Assembly (NCBI GenBank): GCA_963768295.1
Contig: CAVYHN010000032.1
Location: 246 to 64,245, forward strand
DNA length: 64,000 nucleotides
Direction of reading: 5' to 3'
From: an uncultured Gammaproteobacteria bacterium
Lineage (GTDB): Bacteria > Pseudomonadota > Gammaproteobacteria > GCA-001735895
In this document: positions 57,007 to 64,000 of the stretch, in pieces
How the letters are laid out: the number at the start of each line of letters is the position of its first letter
Position numbering within the stretch: the first letter of the stretch is position 1
Notes under the pieces: generated by a model
Databases searched by the model: none
Told to the model about the DNA's origin: nothing
What the model saw: the letters and a program-made list of their open reading frames with translations, nothing else
Translations under genes and position numbers: made by a program

Positions 57007-59417
57007 ATGACTAGCGAACGCAAAAATGTCGTCGTCATCGGTGGGGGCGCGATCGGGCTCAGCGTGGCTTACCACCTCGGACATCTGGGTGTCGAGGATG
57101 TGCTGCTGCTGGAACGCGATCGGCTGACCAGCGGCACGAGCTGGCATGCGGCGGGTATCGTCGGCCCGCTGCGCGCGAGCATGAATCTGACTAAGCTGGC
57201 GCAGTATGCGCTCGAGTTGTTCGCCGAGCTGGAAGTCGAAACCGGGCAGGCCACCGGCTACCAGCAAACCGGCGGTGTGTGGCTCGCGCAAAAATCGGAG
57301 CGCATGGTCGAGTTGCAACGCATCAAGGCGATGGGCGACCGGGCTGGGCTCGCGACCGAAGTTATGTCGGGACCGCAAATCCGCGAGCGATTACCGTTTT
57401 TGCACAGCGATGACCTGGCCGGCGGTCTGTGGGTCGAGCAGGATGGCCAGGTGAACCCGGTTGATCTGTGTATGGCTTATGCCAGGGGAGCGAGGGCACA
57501 GGGCGTGGAAATTCGGGAGCACAGCCGGGTCGCCGAGATCGAGGTCGATCGGGGCGCGGTCAGGGCGGTGGCGCTGGCCGATGGAAGCCGCATCGAATGC
57601 AACAAGCTGGTGCTCTGCGCCGGCGCCTGGTCGCGCCAGCTCGGCGCGCTGGCCGGGCGTCGATATCCCGCTCGCCGCCTGCGAGCATATGTACCTGGTG
57701 ACCGACGTGGTCGATGAATTATCGTGGCCCTGTCCGATCATCCGTGACCTCGATGCCGGAATCTATTTAAAGGGTGATAACCGCAAGCTGCTGCTGGGCG
57801 CTTTTGAAGCCAAACCCGAAAATCTGGAAACCGCGGCAGCAGGATGCCGGCTTCCTGATGTTCGACGAGGACTGGGATCATGTGCAGCCAATGCTCGAGG
57901 CCGGAATCCGGCGCGCACCGGTGATCGCCGAGCAGGGCATTACCCACTTCATGAATGGTCCCGAGAGTTTTACCCCGGACACCCGGCAGATCATGGGTGA
58001 GACGCCGACCTGCCGTAACCTGTTCGTCGCCGCCGGATTCAATTCGATCGGCATCATGTCGTCGGCCGGAGTGGGCAAGGTCATGGCGCCCTGGATTCGC
58101 GACAATGAAGCGCCGCTCGATTTGTGGGAAGTCGATATTGCCCGGCTGGATCCGCTGCAGGGCAGGGATGACTACCTGGCGGCGCGCCTGCCGGAAGCGG
58201 TACACAATCAGTTTGCCATGCACTGGCCTTACAAACAGTATCAGACCGGTCGCGGATTGCGCCGCTCGGCCTGGCACCGGCGGCTGGCGGAGCAGGGCGC
58301 GGTATTCGGCGCGCCGACCGGCTGGGAGCGACCGTTGTGGTACGCCGCCGATGAAGTCGAGGCCGAACCCGGTTATAGCTACGGCGCGCAGCCCTGGTGG
58401 CCCGCCGCCAGGCGCGAAGCCCTGCACTGCCAGCGGCAGGTTAGCCTGTTCGAATTGAGCCCGTTTACCAAGATCGAGGTCAGCGGCGCAAATGCGCTGC
58501 GCTTTCTGCAAATGATGTGCTGCGGCGATATCGATATCGAGCCAGGGCAGCTGCGTTACAGCCTGATGCTGAATCAACGTGGCGGTATCGAAGCCGAAAT
58601 CACGCTCACTCGATTGTCGGCAAATCGTTTTCGCATCGTCGGCGGCGCCGCGACCCGGTTCAAGGATCTTTTCTGGTTGCGCAGGCATCTGCGCGACGAG
58701 ACGCAGGTCGAAATCACCGACGTGACCGAGGATTATGCCGTTGCCGGAATTATGGGGCCGCAGTCGCGCAATCTGTTGCAGGATTTGTGTGCGTTCGATT
58801 TCGAAGACGAGGCTTTTCCGTTTTCCAGTGCCCGGCAAATACAAATCGATGATTGCGAGTTGCTCGCAACCCGCCTCAGTTTCGTCGGCGAGCTGGGCTG
58901 GGAACTCTTTATTCCGGTGCAACATGCATCGCGGGTGCTGAAGGCGGTGCTGGCGGCCGGGGTGAAATACGAGTTGGGACTGGCCGGGCATTTCGCGCTC
59001 GACGGCTGCCGCCTGGAAGTGGGATTCCTTCACTGGGGATATGATATGGGCGCCGATGATACGCCCTGGGAATGCGGGCTCGATTTTGCCGTCAGGCTCG
59101 ACAAGCGTGATGATTTCATTGGCAAACAGGCGCTGATCGCTCAGCGGCAAAACGGCTGGGACAAGCAATTGAAATTGTGCGAAGTGCAGGCGCATGCGGT
59201 CTTGATACTGCACGACGAGCCGGTTTACCGCGCGCGTAAAATTGTCGGTCACTGTACCTCGGGCGGACAGGGATATCGTACCGGCAGGACGCTGTGTTTC
59301 GTCATGTTTTACCAACGCGATGTCAGCAGCGCAGACGACTGCCAGATCGAAGTGGCGGGTGAGCGTTACGCTCTCGAAATTCTCGATAAACCTCCCTACC
59401 GGGCGAATAGCAAATGA
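57007..59417 (+). pseudogene. GcvT-family FAD-dependent dehydrogenase, split by two +1 frameshifts (GGG at 57655-57657, CCC at 57815-57817)
   Basis: VIGGGAIG, TSGTSWHAAG, NGPESFTPD, SFVGELGWE; removing one base at each site restores a single frame. Confidence 0.85.
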
Positions 59418-61797
59418 AAACTCATGTCAGGGTGGCCGTCATCGGCGGCGGCGTCATGGGCGCGTCGCTGATCTATCACCTGACCCAGCTCGGCTGGGAC
59501 GATGTAGCACTGATCGAAAAAAACGAATTGACCGCGGGCTCGACCTGGCACGCCGCCGGACTCTGCACTCACTACGCGCACAACATCACCATCATGAACC
59601 TGCGTGCGCATAGCGTGCAGTTGTACAAGTCGGTTCTGGCCGAGGAAACCGGGCAGCCGGTCAGTTTTCACGCCTGCGGCGCGTTACGCGTCACTCGCCA
59701 CCAGGATCGGCTCGACGAGTTTCGCCAGGTACAGGGCATCGGCAAGTTCGCCGGGTTTGATTTTGATATTCTGTCGCCCGCGCGAACTTAAGAATATTTA
59801 CCCGCTGGCCGAGGTCGATGATTTAATCGGGGCCATTTATGAACCGCTCGACGGGCACGTCGACCCGAGCCAGGCGACCCAGGCGATGGCCAAAGGCGCG
59901 CGCAATCGCGGCGCCGAGATTTATCGGCAGACGAAGGTAACGAACATCAGCCAGCAGGCCAATGGCGAATGGTTGATCACTACCGACAAGGGTGAAATCA
60001 AAGCCGAGCATATCGTCAACGCTGCCGGCACCTGGTGCCGCGAAATCGGCGACATGATGGGTGTCGATCTGCCGGTGGTGCCGATGCTGCACCAGTATAT
60101 CGTTAGCGATCGCATCGGCGCCTTTGCCGAACTCGACCACGAACTGCCGATGATCCGCGATCCCGATGAGAGCTGGTACCTGCGCATGGAACGCGATGGC
60201 GTCATCATCGGTCCCTACGAAAAACAGGGCAAGCCCTGGTCTATCGACGGCGTACCGCCGGAGTTCGGCATGGAGTTGCTGGAACCGGATATCGACGCGA
60301 TTGCCGATATCGCCGCGCAGGCGATGGCGCGTGTCCCCGCGGCTGCCGAAGCTGGTATCAAAAGTATTGTCAACGGCCCGATCACTTTTACCCCGGATGG
60401 CAATCCGCTGATCGGCCCGGCCTTTGCTCTGCGCAATGCCTGGCTGCTCACCGGCTCTTCGATGGGGATCATGGAAGGCGGCGGCGCCGGCAAGTTCCTG
60501 GCCGAGTGGATGGATGCAGGCGAGCCGCCGATGGATGCGCTCGCGGTCGATTCACGCCGCTTCGGTGGCTACGCCGATCGCGACTATCGCGTCGACAAGG
60601 CGGTGGAGTGTTTCGCCGCACAGTTTGGTATTCACTATCCCTACGAGGAACGCCGGGGCAGGCCGTAACAGGAAACAGACACCCGCATACGAATTACTGC
60701 AGGCAAATGGCGCGGTGTTCGGCAGCGTTTACGGCTTCGAACGGCCCAACTGGTATTCGCGCGATACGGCCGTTACCGAATCATCCTTAAGTTTCCGGCG
60801 CGCCAACTGGTTCCATACCGTCGCCGCCGAATGCGAAAACCTGCAGCATAACGTCGGGCTGGGGGATCTGTCGGTATTTTCCAAGTTCCGGGTCAGCGGC
60901 AAGAATGCGTTTGCGTTCATCGATCAACTCGGCGCCAATGCGGCGCCGCAAACAGGCCGTATCGGCCTGAACCACGTGCTCAACCAATCGGGCGGGATCA
61001 TGTCTGAATTTTCGATTAGCGCGACGGGAGACAACGAGTACTATCTCGTCAGCGCCGCCGCCGCGGGGCGGCATGACGAAGATTTGCTGCGCGTTCGCGC
61101 GCGCGGCTTTGATCTGCAGATCGAAAATATCACCGATCAGAAAGGCGTTTTTGGCATCATGGGTGCGAACGCGGAGAACCTGTTGCAGCAACTCAGCGAG
61201 CAGGATTTATCGATCGAAACCTTTCCCTGGTTAAATGCTCGTCGTATCGAGATTGCCGGCATCGCGCTGGACGCCTTGCGCGTTTCCTATGTCGGCGAGC
61301 CGGGATTCGAACTGCACCACGATATCGGGCAGCAGCGGGTATTGCTACAGCGGTTGCTGCAGGCGGGTGAAAAATACGGACTGGGTTTTTACGGCGCCTT
61401 CGCGATGAACTCAATGCGCCTCGAAAAGGGGTATCGCGCCTGGGGTGCCGACCTGACGACCGAGCGCACTCCGCTCGAAGCCGGGCTCGGCTATCTGGTC
61501 AAATCGGAAAACCGGGAATTCATCGGCCGCGACGCCATGCTCGCGCGCCAGCAGCGCGCTGACCACTGGAGCATGCAGTTACTCGAGTTCGACGACCCTG
61601 AATTCGATCCGTTTTACCTGCACACGGTGTTCCGCGGTCACACGGCGGTCGGCATGGTGACTTCAGGCAGCTACGGGCATCGACTGCACAAGGCCATCGG
61701 ACTCGCTTACTTCCGCAGGCCCGTAACCAGAGCCGACGAACTCAGCGTTGAAATTCTGGGGCGACCTGTCAATGCTCGCATAACCCGGCCGCTATAG
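59414..61797 (+). pseudogene. GcvT-family FAD-dependent dehydrogenase, split by two +1 frameshifts (CCC at 59777-59779, GGGG at 60655-60658)
   Basis: VIGGGVMG, TAGSTWHAAG, NGPITFTPDG, SYVGEPGFE, GMVTSGSYGH. Confidence 0.85.
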
Positions 61798-62055
61798 AAC
61801 TTACCTGTCATCCCCTTGAAAATAGGCCCCGTCTCCTGTGAGCAGTTGCCACTGGTAAGGGACACTATCGACGAATAGTTCGCAGATTTCATGGCGGCTT
61901 TCTTAGTTTTTGCCTGGCCCATCCAGGCAGTCGCATAAGGTCCCGAAATGCTGACGCGGCGGTCGCGACGGAGCCCGCAAATGATTGAAGATGCCTGAGA
62001 ATTCCCCCGAATTCCCACCTATACTTAATAACCTCATATTCGATACATCAATGCG

Positions 62056-64000
62056 TTGACGGCAAAAGCAAAAAATCAATCTACGGCAGGTTCGATAGAA
62101 CAGCAATTGCGCGACGAGATCGACCTGTTGCGCGCCCAGCTGGCCGAAGCAGAGACGTCAATCGAGTTTCGTGATTATCGCAGCAAGGAATTATCCAGAA
62201 TGCTGAATCTCGGCATATGGGAATGGAACGAGGTTGAGAACAAGCCGGTCTTCTATTCAGACGAGATGGCGGAAGTTTACGGCGTCGATCTTGCAGAGCT
62301 CAGAAGCGGATTTCTAACCCAGGCAGATTTCGAGCGCCTCGTCCATCCCGATGACCTGGCGTATTTCCGTGAGCGAATCGACGGCCGGGTCCTGGAGCCC
62401 GATGTCAGTATCAGCTTCGATTACCGGATTATCACCGCCGGGGACGGAATCCGGCATCTACGCGAGTACCTGCGAGGCGTGTTCGATGAGAACGGTACGC
62501 TGCTTAACAGCTTCGGCATGGTGCAGGATATTACCGACAGCCAGGCTGTAATCACGGCAATGAAGGAAAGCGAGGAACGCTACAGTTCTTTGTTTCAGCA
62601 AATGCCGCTGGGGGTGCAGGAGGAAGACTATACCGCGTTCAAGAAAATTGTCGACAAGCTGATCTTCCAGGGCGTCGAGGATCTGGAAGAGTATTTCCTG
62701 AGCAATCCGCGTGTCCTGCTAGAGACCGTCAGGCAAACTCGAATCACCGATGTCAACGAAACCCTGTTGCGCATGCATGATGCCGGGTCAAAAGATGAAT
62801 TTCTTGCCGCCGAAGCCGACATCGACGCCTGGTGGGATGCGCAATGGGCCGAGCACTATGCGGCCGAGATTTCCGCGCTCGCCAGCGACAAAAAATATTA
62901 CGTGACCGAACGCGTCGATTCACGTGTCGACGGCAGCTATTTCGAAACCCGTTCCGTCGTAACCCTGGTGCGCGGCTATGAAGACAGCTGGAAACGCGTG
63001 ATTACGATTCACGAAGATATTACCGAACGCAAGCAGGCCGAAGCCTCGATGATCGAAGCCAAAAACCAGGCCGAACAGGCGAGTCAGGCGAAGTCCGAGT
63101 TCCTCTCCAGCATGAGTCATGAACTGCGGACCCCGCTTAACGCGATTCTCGGATTTTCGCAACTGTTTGCCTACGACCGTAACCTCAGCGAACAGCATCT
63201 TGCCAACGCAACCGAAATCAACCGCGCCGGCCGGCATTTAATGTCACTGATTGACCAGATTCTGGATCTGTCGCGCATCGAGGCCGGTGAGATCGACCTG
63301 TCGCTGGAACCGGTTTCGCTCAAGCAGGTGTTGAATGACAGCGTGCACTGGGTCATACCGTTGGCGAAAAGCCGCAGCATCGAAGTCGACTTCGACGATA
63401 CCGAATTCGACGGCCTCAACGTGCAGGCGGATACCATTCGCCTGAAGCAGGTTTTCCTGAACCTGCTGACCAACGCAGTCAAGTACAATCATGAAGGTGG
63501 TCGCGTGGAGGTAAAACTCCGGCGCGGGCCTGGCGGTTTATTGCGGGTCGGGGTGCAGGATACCGGCAGCGGGATATCGGAAGAAAAACTCAAGGAACTG
63601 TTTCAGCCTTTCAACCGTCTCGGCGCCGAGTTCAGCTCGATCGAGGGCACCGGCATCGGACTGGTGATCACCCGGCAGCTGCTCGACCTGATGAACGGTG
63701 AACTCACTATCGACAGCAGTCCGGGGCAGGGCAGTACCTTCTGGGTTGGGCTTGCGCCCGTGCAGGTAAATTCACCGGTCGCCGAAGCGCTTGGGCTGGA
63801 TTTAACCGTTACCAGTATCACCGGACCCAATGGCCAGGCTTCGCGCATCCTGGTCGCGGAAGACAACCTGATCAACCAGGAACTGATGGCGGCGCAGCTG
63901 GAAATACTGGGTTACAAGGCTGACTATGTCGAAAATGGCGTGCAGGCGCTGGAGCGCTGGCAACAACGCGATTACGGGCTGTTGCTCACCGATATACGCA
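62056..64000 (+). CDS. PAS-domain hybrid sensor histidine kinase / response regulator; 3'-truncated, absent from the ORF track, start uncertain
   Basis: Translated by hand: LGIWEW and VHPDD PAS; H box FLSSMSHELRTPLNAILGF; NLLTNAVKYN; DTGSGI; GTGIGL; receiver ILVAEDNLINQ. Confidence 0.92.
   Translation, partial: MTAKAKNQSTAGSIEQQLRDEIDLLRAQLAEAETSIEFRDYRSKELSRMLNLGIWEWNEVENKPVFYSDEMAEVYGVDLAELRSGFLTQADFERLVHPDDLAYFRERIDGRVLEPDVSISFDYRIITAGDGIRHLREYLRGVFDENGTLLNSFGMVQDITDSQAVITAMKESEERYSSLFQQMPLGVQEEDYTAFKKIVDKLIFQGVEDLEEYFLSNPRVLLETVRQTRITDVNETLLRMHDAGSKDEFLAAEADIDAWWDAQWAEHYAAEISALASDKKYYVTERVDSRVDGSYFETRSVVTLVRGYEDSWKRVITIHEDITERKQAEASMIEAKNQAEQASQAKSEFLSSMSHELRTPLNAILGFSQLFAYDRNLSEQHLANATEINRAGRHLMSLIDQILDLSRIEAGEIDLSLEPVSLKQVLNDSVHWVIPLAKSRSIEVDFDDTEFDGLNVQADTIRLKQVFLNLLTNAVKYNHEGGRVEVKLRRGPGGLLRVGVQDTGSGISEEKLKELFQPFNRLGAEFSSIEGTGIGLVITRQLLDLMNGELTIDSSPGQGSTFWVGLAPVQVNSPVAEALGLDLTVTSITGPNGQASRILVAEDNLINQELMAAQLEILGYKADYVENGVQALERWQQRDYGLLLTDIR

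Noticed and set aside
55407-61797. Programmed ribosomal frameshifting in the MttB/GcvT genes
   Set aside because: The shift sites share no slippery motif, each gene would need two shifts, and the paralogues at 9-15 kb are uninterrupted.
61798-62055. Small gene or RNA between the last GcvT gene and the histidine kinase
   Set aside because: Only a 7-bp hairpin (TGCCTGG/CCAGGCA) and a short GAATTCCC duplication; not enough support.

Overview
This is a GC-rich window from a Gammaproteobacterium (lineage inferred from ccm, flg and dap gene content and order; probably marine or sediment). It contains no rRNA, tRNA, CRISPR array or transposase that I could recognise. Left to right: (1) an uncharacterised envelope cluster encoding a 5'-truncated hydrazine-synthase-alpha-like c-type cytochrome with two CxxCH motifs, an SH3-beta-barrel fusion, a second beta-barrel, a TlpA thioredoxin, a DUF4266-like lipoprotein ending GGGCGCN, a DUF3570-like barrel and an orphan TpsB; (2) a methylated-amine catabolic cluster (pyrrolysine-free MttB, XRE regulator, FAD oxidoreductase, GcvT-family dehydrogenase); (3) a 197-bp nested palindrome, a CDF transporter and a complete ccmABCDEFGHI operon; (4) gluQ-dapE-arsC-dapD-dapC; (5) flgNMA and flgBCDEF with clear sigma54 and sigma28 promoters, the operon stopping after flgF; (6) an orphan CbbQ/NorQ ATPase, an SH3 + M48 protease pair, ctaA, ispF, nagZ, an MscS channel, purine/methylthio salvage genes, a GGDEF protein, an acyltransferase-esterase fusion and a vWA membrane protein; (7) a second MttB + two GcvT-family genes with a divergent class III aminotransferase, then a 3'-truncated hybrid histidine kinase. 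The best leads are the cytochrome/barrel/thiol cluster, two orphan intergenic terminators that imply unannotated sRNAs and are each followed by a copy of a ~100-125 bp repeat, and the two corrinoid-less MttB clusters. Nine frameshifts, all +1, most likely reflect assembly errors. Family assignments come from motif recognition only; no database searches were run.
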